64,000 nucleotides of DNA. It comes from Candidatus Bathyarchaeota archaeon (GTDB taxonomy: Archaea > Thermoproteota > Bathyarchaeia > Bathyarchaeales > Bathycorpusculaceae). The notes below the pieces were generated by a model. The model ran no database searches and was not told where the DNA came from. It worked only from the letters and a program-made list of their open reading frames with translations. Shown one piece after another: positions 48,115 to 56,349 of this stretch. The DNA lies in contig CAWEJP010000015.1 in NCBI GenBank assembly GCA_963809455.1, positions 30,423 to 94,422 on the forward strand, in the 5' to 3' direction. Within the stretch, counting starts at the first letter, position 1; each line of letters starts with the position of its first letter. The translations under genes were made by a program, and so were the position numbers.

Positions 48115-50274
48115 TTATTCGCTAAATATTGCTATGTAGTCATAAGCTGCTGTTGATCCAAGTGTGTACAATCCAGTCCATCCTGCAAGATTAGCAAAGT
48201 AGCTATTGTTTGCGTCAACGTATAGTTGGCCGTCTACCCAGAGTTTAGCGTTGGTCCCGATGGTGCTGACTGCAATCCGATGTAGGTCATATGGACTAAG
48301 TGAAGATTGAACTTGCCAGGAATAATGTTGACCATTGTAAATTAGGGAGAGTTCAACGATGCCGTCAGTTTTGATAAGTGCGTAGACCCTGTTGTTTCCG
48401 TCTTGTTCTTTAACCATCAGCCAAGCTACATCCCAGGGATATGCACCGTCGGTGGCTATAGTTTGGATGTCAGCTCTTACGTGTCTGTTTGCTGAGAAAG
48501 TAGTGTAGTAGTGGATGTGTGAGTTGTAAGCAGTTGATTGTAGTTGTCCATTCTGGATTGTCCACGAACCGCCGTCAACTGTCCAGTTATCATAGTTTCC
48601 ATCTTCAAAGTCATCTCTGACAATTTCCGCTGGAGTTAGGGTGAAGTTATCGAAGTAGTCTGTGCCGTAATGAATTCTTTCACAGCTAGTGTACGCGTAA
48701 ACATAATATGGAACGTTTGATGGAAGTGCAAATGGTTCAGCATAACGTAGAATGCCGTTTTCGTAGAAGGCTATGGATCCTGTGGATACTTTTATTTTTA
48801 ATTGACCTGTTGATGAAGCCCATGGAATGTTTAGCTTTGATGACCAATTGCCATCGGTCCTGATTTCAACAGCTACACAATTTGTATTCCAATTTTTGCG
48901 ACCCTTGACTATTCGATACCAGTTGTTTGGAACATTACCGGGGTCTCCGTCCGTTGTTTTCAGGTCGCTTATGAGTAGTGCCATTTGGTCAACAGCATTA
49001 AGTTGTGTTACGTCGATTGTGGCTTCGAAGCCTTGTTGGTCAGAACCATATAAAGCCTGAGTATCATATGGGAATTTGGTTACGAAGCCTGCTTGCGCCC
49101 ATCCACTGCCGTAAGGTACGCTTACTTGCAATTCATTGTTTGTTTCGCTGACTGAACCACCATTAGCTGATAGTGTATCCCAAATGCTTAGATCGGTATT
49201 GTTGTCATCAAAGTTGTCTTGGCAAAGATTGGCAACTTCGTAAAAGCGGTAAATGTTGACATATCCTTCTTGATTATCACCATCGACTAGCTTTAGATTT
49301 CCGTTACCGGAATTCACTGGGTATATTTGTATGGTGTTGATTTCATTGGGTGCAGGGTTATAGATGCCTTGATACGCTGATTCAGCTAAGTCAACGCCGG
49401 GAAATTGATGAGCTTCGTTAGGGTTCCCAGTTTTGGTCATCGTAGGTATATAGAAGTGCTGAATGATTGTATCATTCAATTTGACTTCATAATGTATGTC
49501 ATATCCAGACGGCGAACCACTAGTTTTGACGTTGTTGAAGTTGAAGAAGCATGCAATCGGACCGAGATAATTTGCAGGACCAGTTGGAGGAGCGGGCGGG
49601 TTCTGAAAAGTGTAAGTGAAAGTGTCATTAACAGAAATTTCATTCACAGCAGGATCGTCTTGGTAGCCCTTCCAATAGGTAAAGCTGTATCGGTTGCCAC
49701 AACTGAAGTAATTGCAAGGATAATCCTCTCTTGTATTATCTATGTTTCCATCTGAGCTATAGTCCGATGAGCCATCGTAAGGACTCTGTAGTTGTAATTG
49801 ATTCATTGCGTATCCCCTGAACACACGTATATTCCATAACTGGACATCGACGTCAGAGTCATTATAGAATGTATAATTATTCGTTTCCGTTTCTAGATAA
49901 CCAGTCGCCATTTTTAAATCAACTATTTCTTCGATATCGTGGTTAGCCCATTTGCTATGATAAATTTCACCTTGAGTTGAGCTGTTATTCAAAGTTGTCA
50001 ATAGTCTTACTGCCGACCAATTTTGGGAGTCTTGGGAAGCATGAACTCTGTACATGAGAAGACAATTATCGGAATAGCCAGCACATTTAGGATTAGTATT
50101 CGTAAAACTTATTGTGTAGGAATTGCCTGGTGCTATTGTAACTATGCTATCATTGCATTTCCAAATCGTTGTTCCTTTCATACCCTGATGACTGGGACCT
50201 TGCGGGTCTTCAGGGCTGTTGGTAGCACAATTGCAATCTGACTCATAATATAGGGTTTTATTATAGTTTGTCAT
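48115..50274 (-). CDS. Large beta-rich protein with C-terminal concanavalin A/LamG-like domains; no evident signal peptide or TM
   Basis: 719 aa; DNFDD..W and DDFEDG..W..GGSWTI repeats; Asn/Tyr/Trp-rich. Confidence 0.6.
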   Translation of the reverse strand: MTNYNKTLYYESDCNCATNSPEDPQGPSHQGMKGTTIWKCNDSIVTIAPGNSYTISFTNTNPKCAGYSDNCLLMYRVHASQDSQNWSAVRLLTTLNNSSTQGEIYHSKWANHDIEEIVDLKMATGYLETETNNYTFYNDSDVDVQLWNIRVFRGYAMNQLQLQSPYDGSSDYSSDGNIDNTREDYPCNYFSCGNRYSFTYWKGYQDDPAVNEISVNDTFTYTFQNPPAPPTGPANYLGPIACFFNFNNVKTSGSPSGYDIHYEVKLNDTIIQHFYIPTMTKTGNPNEAHQFPGVDLAESAYQGIYNPAPNEINTIQIYPVNSGNGNLKLVDGDNQEGYVNIYRFYEVANLCQDNFDDNNTDLSIWDTLSANGGSVSETNNELQVSVPYGSGWAQAGFVTKFPYDTQALYGSDQQGFEATIDVTQLNAVDQMALLISDLKTTDGDPGNVPNNWYRIVKGRKNWNTNCVAVEIRTDGNWSSKLNIPWASSTGQLKIKVSTGSIAFYENGILRYAEPFALPSNVPYYVYAYTSCERIHYGTDYFDNFTLTPAEIVRDDFEDGNYDNWTVDGGSWTIQNGQLQSTAYNSHIHYYTTFSANRHVRADIQTIATDGAYPWDVAWLMVKEQDGNNRVYALIKTDGIVELSLIYNGQHYSWQVQSSLSPYDLHRIAVSTIGTNAKLWVDGQLYVDANNSYFANLAGWTGLYTLGSTAAYDYIAIFSE

Positions 50275-50377
50275 TTTTTTTTCGCCTTCATATTTTTTTG
50301 TGAGCTTTGCTCAGAATACCCAACGGCATTTTTTGTTTTTAAAAAAGGCGAAATGTTTCACAAATAGAAAAACCTGA

Positions 50378-51700
50378 TCAAGAGAAAAATAATGTTTTGA
50401 CTTTGGTTCTACGGCGGGCAAAGATAAGGCCAATCAAAGCACTTACAACTATTAGCGACAATACAACAATCAGGATGTCCGCTGTAAGCCCTATATTAAT
50501 CGGCGGAACTACCGAGGGTGAAATTGTTACCGTATTAGGCGAAGTTTCTAATACTGTCATTTGGTCTTTCGAACCAATGTAGATTCTGCCATCCACAATT
50601 GCAGGAGAAGAAGGCAGGTATTGGGGGTTTCCGAACTTATTAAAGGTAGACTGCAATGAATAGTTCCAAAGTTTCTCACCTGTAAAAGCGTTAAATGCAT
50701 AGAGGTTGCCGTCATCAGAGCCTACATACAAAATGCCCCCTGCAACCACAGGAGAAGAGCGTATACCCAGCACAAAATGCTCGGAATAAAAGGTTGTGTA
50801 ATTCCAAATTTTTTCTCCAGTAGAAGCATTAAAACTGTAGATATTACCGTCAAGAGAACCGACATACACGTAGCCATTAGCGACAGCAGGAGTAGACTCC
50901 ACAATCCCTCCAGTTGTATAATTCCAAATCTTCTGTCCAGTTAAAGCATCCAAACAGTAGATATTATTATCCAAACAACCAAAATAGACGCGGTTTAACG
51001 AAATGGTTGGGGAAGAAGCAACATTTTCTGTAAACGAATCCGTCCATAACATGGTCCCGTTAAGTGCGTTAAGAGAGTTGAGGATATGTCCTGAACTAAA
51101 GTAGAGAGATCCATTAGAAATTGCCGGAGAAGCATATGAGGGACTATCATGGGAATCCCAGATTTCTTTTCCGTTAATAGAATTTAGGCAAACCAAAAAA
51201 CCTTCTTTATTCAGCGAATAAACGTAACCATCAGCAACAGCAAGGACACTTGCGTCGCTATCAGTAGTGTTCCATAATTGGGTTCCCGTAGAAGCATTAT
51301 ACGCGGAAACATATGCGCTAGCATAAAGAACGCCACTATCATAAACCAGATAGGCACTGCCGTAACTTGAAATTCTCCAAACAATGTTGCCGTTAGAAGC
51401 ATTTAACGCCCATAAACTTGTTGTTGAAGAAATGTAAGCTATACCGTTAGCTATAATTGGAGAACCATAGGTCTGATAGATACCATTGAGTTCTGGTGGA
51501 GTTCTATTCCAAGCAACCATTGGTGTTGATATCGGCGCTAAAGCGGTGGTTGATCCAGTGTGGGCTGAATCATGCTGGAACATGGGCCAATCATCTATTG
51601 ATGTACCTGGCGTGGCTTGTGCAGGAAATGCTTCTATATCAATATACAGGGCAAATATTATGCTAAATATTAGAAGTATGATAAGCCATTTATGCTGCAT
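50378..51700 (-). CDS. PQQ-like beta-propeller repeat surface protein
   Basis: DWPMFQHD..HTG, repeated SSP.V..G.VY.GS.DG.LYA.NA.TG..W; signal peptide and C-terminal TM. Confidence 0.88.
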   Translation of the reverse strand: MQHKWLIILLIFSIIFALYIDIEAFPAQATPGTSIDDWPMFQHDSAHTGSTTALAPISTPMVAWNRTPPELNGIYQTYGSPIIANGIAYISSTTSLWALNASNGNIVWRISSYGSAYLVYDSGVLYASAYVSAYNASTGTQLWNTTDSDASVLAVADGYVYSLNKEGFLVCLNSINGKEIWDSHDSPSYASPAISNGSLYFSSGHILNSLNALNGTMLWTDSFTENVASSPTISLNRVYFGCLDNNIYCLDALTGQKIWNYTTGGIVESTPAVANGYVYVGSLDGNIYSFNASTGEKIWNYTTFYSEHFVLGIRSSPVVAGGILYVGSDDGNLYAFNAFTGEKLWNYSLQSTFNKFGNPQYLPSSPAIVDGRIYIGSKDQMTVLETSPNTVTISPSVVPPINIGLTADILIVVLSLIVVSALIGLIFARRRTKVKTLFFS

Positions 51701-51963
51701 AGGGAATCAACCGATAAAATACTGTCGAGTAATTGTAATAAATATTATGCTATCAGAATTAAAGCCGAGTTATGCTGGTGTTCTTCAGAACGCCAAAATA
51801 TGAATCAAGTAATCCTTAATTTTGAAAAAGGAACGATTTTTCTTTTCTTGCTTCTTTTTTTTATCATTTGGCTGCTCAAGCGCTATTTCTTCTACATGCC
51901 GCTTGATAAGGATGTAAAGTCTTTTGAAACAACCCAAAACTCATTCACTCCTTGGTCAATGAT

Positions 51964-52116
51964 TTAATTCAAACTGTTTCCGTATTCCGGATTTAACACG
52001 TAAGCGCCACATTTTGCACATTTGTACGCATGGATTTTCTTGCTGCAGCTTTGGCATTTGCTCTGCTCTACTAAGGAACCACACTTTGGACAAGTTAATT
52101 TAGCTATTTCGCCCAT
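51964..52116 (-). CDS. Small Zn-finger protein (50 aa) not in ORF track
   Basis: MGEIAKLTCPKCGSLVEQSKCQSCSKKIHAYKCAKCGAYVLNPEYGNSLN; ggagg SD; TAATG overlap with upstream ORF. Confidence 0.7.
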   Translation of the reverse strand: MGEIAKLTCPKCGSLVEQSKCQSCSKKIHAYKCAKCGAYVLNPEYGNSLN

Positions 52117-52331
52117 TAACAAGCCGCCTCCTCAGGGCAAGATAATGCAATTGTGATAACATTGGCGTTTTGATTCGGGCTTCCTAAATTGTTATTCGTT
52201 TCAAAGGTCTTATATTCCGCTAAATCTTCAAAGACCAGAAAAGAGAAACCAGTGCTAACTATACAAGCGCCATTTGAGAGGTGCCTTAGCTCAGTCAACA
52301 TCTTAACGATTGGAATTTCAAAGTTTATCAT
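52116..52331 (-). CDS. Hypothetical protein
   Basis: 71-aa ORF translationally coupled to the Zn-finger gene. Confidence 0.4.
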   Translation of the reverse strand: MINFEIPIVKMLTELRHLSNGACIVSTGFSFLVFEDLAEYKTFETNNNLGSPNQNANVITIALSCPEEAAC

Positions 52332-52480
52332 TGCTTCACTTCCAATATTTAGTTGGAGATTTTATTCTTAAAAGAGATGAAAAGTTTCGGAAACATACAC
52401 TTCCAGAAAGAATAATCTGTGTCAGATTTGCAACGTTAAAAAAGCAAATGGACAGGTTAGGGCTTATGGAAAAAGGGACA

Positions 52481-52786
52481 TTATGAATTAAAGTATCGAT
52501 TGTTAGCTTCTGAATCCAAAACCTTTAACACTTGAAGGAGAGCTATTGTTTTTGGGCTTTCATGGTTTAGCTTTATCCATCTAACTCGGCCAAAGTAGAT
52601 AATCACCACGATGCCCTCTGCCTGCAAGATTTTGAGGTTTCGATTTGTCTCGTTGTAGGTGCTGTTAATCTTGCGGACCAGGCTCATCATATTCATGCCG
52701 TTTTCTTTGGAAAGCGTTTTCAAGATTTTCTGCCTACACGAAGAAGACACCAGTTTTTTAAGTTCCAAATCGCAACCATCCTGCAT
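52481..52786 (-). CDS. Winged-helix (ArsR-like) regulator A
   Basis: SSSCRQKILKTL..NLKILQAEGIV..GRVRWIKLN.E.PKT; paralogue of 55399-55674; start approximate. Confidence 0.75.
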   Translation of the reverse strand: MQDGCDLELKKLVSSSCRQKILKTLSKENGMNMMSLVRKINSTYNETNRNLKILQAEGIVVIIYFGRVRWIKLNHESPKTIALLQVLKVLDSEANNRYFNS

Positions 52787-52961
52787 TAGTTCATACAGAT
52801 ACCCTATTATTGGAGGCTTTAAAGAAAGACGGAAAGAATCAGAAATAGAGAGGTGAGTGAAAGTGAACATTCTCCTGAATTTCGCTTAAACTGAAACCTG
52901 TTAAGGTAACTTTGAGAAATATTTCATCTCAATAATAAGCAAACTAAACCTATGATTATTC

Positions 52962-53291
52962 ATGGCGAATAATTTGATTAAACCAATCCCAACGAGCAAT
53001 GATTCAGAAAAGAAAAAAATCACTCCAACATTAACAATAAAAGGATTCATCATCTATTGCACCAATAAAATAACCAACTTCACCGAGCAACGGTTTGACT
53101 GGGAAAATGCGCTCTTAGATGCGGCGATAATTAGTGCATTAACCTTTTTCAGCACGCTTGGCGGGGGAGCCGTGGCAGAAATCAACGCTACCCACACTTT
53201 GGAAGCCGCAGCTGTGGCAGCCATCGCCCAATTCTTCATCTTCCTTGCGCTGAAACGTGGATTAATACAACCTAAACAAGCCCAGCCATAA
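52962..53291 (+). CDS. Small membrane protein, holin-like
   Basis: 109 aa with two hydrophobic segments after FDWENALLDAAI; loose resemblance to small phage holins, not verified. Confidence 0.45.
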   Translation: MANNLIKPIPTSNDSEKKKITPTLTIKGFIIYCTNKITNFTEQRFDWENALLDAAIISALTFFSTLGGGAVAEINATHTLEAAAVAAIAQFFIFLALKRGLIQPKQAQP

Positions 53292-53348
53292 ACCTCTATA
53301 AACAAAATGTATCAACAAATTGTATAAACAATTATCCCGACCAAACAA

Positions 53349-54362
53349 TTATGAGCGCACCATGTAATCGGCTGGTCTGCTGCCGATAATTAGTCGGTAA
53401 TGTTCATTTCCGCTTTTCTTGTCAGTTACCTTTTCTACTTTTCCTTGTGCTTCAATGGTTTCGCCTTCAATTGCTTGTTCGCAGAATCGTCCGCGAAAAG
53501 AACTGATTTCGATAATTGGCGAAAGTTTGGGTCCTTCAACAACTGAGACATCTTTGAGTTTATAAGTGCAGGGTGTAAATAGTGCATCGGAACTGTCAGC
53601 GATGTTGGCAATTATTTTTGCGTATCCGCTGTTCTTGTAGCACACATCGCCATACTGCTCGGTTGTTTCGCTCCAGTCCTTTACGAAGCGGATGAAATAG
53701 TCGGTTCCCATGAACATGCCTTGGAAAGCTTTGCTGCTTTCAACTGTTTCGAAATCTTCGAAGCTCATCTCGGTATCCTTCGAACGGAAGTCGAAGAGCG
53801 TCTGAAGCTCTGCTTTGCTGTAGGGTTTGAAGCCTGAACCCTCGGTTTTTAGCAATTCTTTTAGGGCTGCGTAGGCTTTGCGGCTGTTTTCTACTCCATA
53901 CACAAGAGGGTCGATGTCTGATTTCTCGTTCGTTAACCCAGCCATTATTGAGCCAGAGACGCCGATAGCACTCCAAGGGATGCCAGATTTTTCCTTTAAC
54001 GTTGTTGCCAGCTGCAACGCTTTGCTCTCTAAAGTATTCAGGTTTTTAGCTATGCGCAGAGACGCAAGTTTTTTGGCTGGTTCGTATTGATCAATTATTT
54101 GGTCAACTGGCACTTCACACATTGTTTCACCGAAAACCGGGTCAAAAACAATGAGTTCAGGATGATTTTCTTGTAGATACTTGAAGCGGTCGCCTAGGTT
54201 GTAGACTTTGCCGTACAATGCATCCTTGCCTTGCCTTGTGCCTTGCGGCGAGGGAATGAAGCGGGGAAAAGCAATAACTTTGTTGGGTGGATGCACTAAG
54301 CCTTTAACATCGAAAACCACTTGGCTCTTGGTTTTGATTAAGTCGCCCTCGCGTGCTTTCAT
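53349..54362 (-). CDS. COG1665-like nucleotidyltransferase 3
   Basis: REGDLI..KGLVHP, GVSGS..SDIDPLVYG, GETIEAQGKVEKV. Confidence 0.78.
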   Translation of the reverse strand: MKAREGDLIKTKSQVVFDVKGLVHPPNKVIAFPRFIPSPQGTRQGKDALYGKVYNLGDRFKYLQENHPELIVFDPVFGETMCEVPVDQIIDQYEPAKKLASLRIAKNLNTLESKALQLATTLKEKSGIPWSAIGVSGSIMAGLTNEKSDIDPLVYGVENSRKAYAALKELLKTEGSGFKPYSKAELQTLFDFRSKDTEMSFEDFETVESSKAFQGMFMGTDYFIRFVKDWSETTEQYGDVCYKNSGYAKIIANIADSSDALFTPCTYKLKDVSVVEGPKLSPIIEISSFRGRFCEQAIEGETIEAQGKVEKVTDKKSGNEHYRLIIGSRPADYMVRS

Positions 54363-54433
54363 ATAAATCAAAAGCTTGTAGTTTTCAAAACTTTAATAAA
54401 CCTTCTTTAAGCCACAATACCAGAGCACATCCA

Positions 54434-55381
54434 ATGAGCAACTGCGAAAAAGCAAAACACGTATCCAAATGCCTGCAATTGGCGATTCTGCTGGAAGTTA
54501 GCAGCCAAAAACCTGGCAACGTAAGTTTCACCGCCAGCTTTGAGAAGACCCGAGTTGAGCATTTTTTGGCTTCCGCAGTTGCCGCATCGTCAAGTTTTCA
54601 GGAGGCAGCTTATCTTGGAACGGCAGTAGCGGAGAAGCGGCTTGATGTCGGCAAGGTTGGGTTGGGTGAACTCATAAAGGACTGTGCTGTTGAAGTTAAT
54701 GCTTGGCAGAAAGGTGGAAACACCATTCTCGGCACTGTTATGCTATTTGTTCCCATCGCAGTGGCTGCTGGCATGACACCAGCAAAGAAAGGCTACTTTT
54801 TCGATTTCAAAAAATTGCGACAGAACATTGATTTAGTCGTCAAATCCAGCTCTGCATGGGATTCTGTTCACCTCTACGAAGCTGTGGACATTGCCAACCC
54901 CAGCGGGCTTGGTGATGCACCAGACCTCGACGTCACCGATCCAGCATCCAAAGAGCGGCTACTCAAAGAAAACGTGAGGTTGTTTGAAGTTTTCAAACTT
55001 GCCTCAGCGTACGACGACATATGCTACGAATGGGTCAACAACTACCCAATAACATTCGATTCATCATACCCATACTTAATGACACAGCTCAAAAGCAAAA
55101 CTCTAAACACAGCAGTCGTCCACACGTTCCTAAAAATCCTATCAGAGCGCCCAGACACATTCATCGCCCGAAAAGTGGGAAAAGAAAAAGCCCAAGAAAT
55201 CTCCAATGACGCGAAAGAAATTCTTGAACTTGGCGGCTTAGAAACCGCTAAAGGAAAAAAGAGCCTCATAGAATTCGATAAAAAACTTCGCTCCAAAGGC
55301 AACTCCTGCAACCCAGGCACAACCGCAGACTTAACTGCAGCAGCATTAGCACTTAGTACCCTTAGCGGATACAGACCTTGA
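54434..55381 (+). CDS. citG: Triphosphoribosyl-dephospho-CoA synthase (CitG) homologue
   Basis: LEVS..KPGNV, GGNTILG, PDTFIARK, NPGTTADL. Confidence 0.88.
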   Translation: MSNCEKAKHVSKCLQLAILLEVSSQKPGNVSFTASFEKTRVEHFLASAVAASSSFQEAAYLGTAVAEKRLDVGKVGLGELIKDCAVEVNAWQKGGNTILGTVMLFVPIAVAAGMTPAKKGYFFDFKKLRQNIDLVVKSSSAWDSVHLYEAVDIANPSGLGDAPDLDVTDPASKERLLKENVRLFEVFKLASAYDDICYEWVNNYPITFDSSYPYLMTQLKSKTLNTAVVHTFLKILSERPDTFIARKVGKEKAQEISNDAKEILELGGLETAKGKKSLIEFDKKLRSKGNSCNPGTTADLTAAALALSTLSGYRP

Positions 55382-55398
55382 AGACTTTTTTGTAAAAA

Positions 55399-55674
55399 TT
55401 AAGTTTTATTTTCTTCATCGCTGAGTATTTTTGAAGCCTTAAGCAATGCTAAGGTTTTTGGGTTTTCTTTGTTTAGCTTAATTCTTCTCATTCGACCGAT
55501 ATGTTCATCTACGACTATATCTTCTGTTTGCAGAATTTTTAATTCAGAATTGAGCTGTGGGTATTTGCTGTTAGCTTTTCGAATCAATTCCATAATGTTA
55601 GTTGAGCCATTGCTCGCTAAGATTTTGATTATTTTTCGCCTGCAAGAAGAAGATAATATCGATTCTAAATCCAT
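55399..55674 (-). CDS. Winged-helix (ArsR-like) regulator B
   Basis: SSSCRRKIIKIL..ELKILQTEDIV..GRMRRIKLNKENPKT. Confidence 0.78.
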   Translation of the reverse strand: MDLESILSSSCRRKIIKILASNGSTNIMELIRKANSKYPQLNSELKILQTEDIVVDEHIGRMRRIKLNKENPKTLALLKASKILSDEENKT

Positions 55675-55998
55675 GCTGACTCACTTTCCTTGAGGGCTTA
55701 CTCCATTCTATTTTTTAACATATAAATCCCCACTTGGAAACTGACTTTGATGACAGTGGAGGGGTGAGTGAAAATGAAACGGTTCACTTTCATCTTTTTA
55801 TCATGAAATAGTTCACTTTCAGCCATCTCCCAGTTATGGTAACTGGGTTACCCACTTACCATAACCGTTCTACTGACTTTAAAACTAAAACAAACGAAAT
55901 ACAGCTCAGTGAACAAGAATGTTTGAACAAAACCAAACCAAAAACCAAACAGAAAATCAAGGATCCTTCCATTTAAAAGGTAAACGAGGTGCAACTTG

Positions 55999-56349
55999 AT
56001 GAGTCAGACGGCAATCTACAACAAACTCCACTTCGACAGCATCGCCTTTAACGATGTAGCCAACGGCGTTAATCCCCGCTTCAAATGCCCAATATGCCAA
56101 TACGCGTGGCAGCCAAAATTGGTCTTGGGAACAGCCATTCAAGCAACCTTTGACTACAACCAAAAAGTCAACTTCACAATCCCAACCCACAACAACCTCT
56201 GCGGTCAACAATGCGCGGCGTCAAATCAAAAAATAGAGCTCTACATAGCAGTCCACAAAGACACAAAAGGAACAAAATTAATCATGCAGCGTACCGACGC
56301 TGAGGGTGCCGTCGGCATAGCAGCAAACTGGTGGGTGAACCCGCAATGA
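55999..56349 (+). CDS. Hypothetical Zn-binding protein (cassette 1)
   Basis: CPIC..HNNLCGQQC; gaggtg SD; ATGA overlap with next gene; identical to 60442-60792. Confidence 0.75.
   Translation: MSQTAIYNKLHFDSIAFNDVANGVNPRFKCPICQYAWQPKLVLGTAIQATFDYNQKVNFTIPTHNNLCGQQCAASNQKIELYIAVHKDTKGTKLIMQRTDAEGAVGIAANWWVNPQ

Noticed and set aside
55957-56211. Minus-strand ORFs duplicated at 55957 and 60400
   Set aside because: Antisense shadows of the duplicated plus-strand gene
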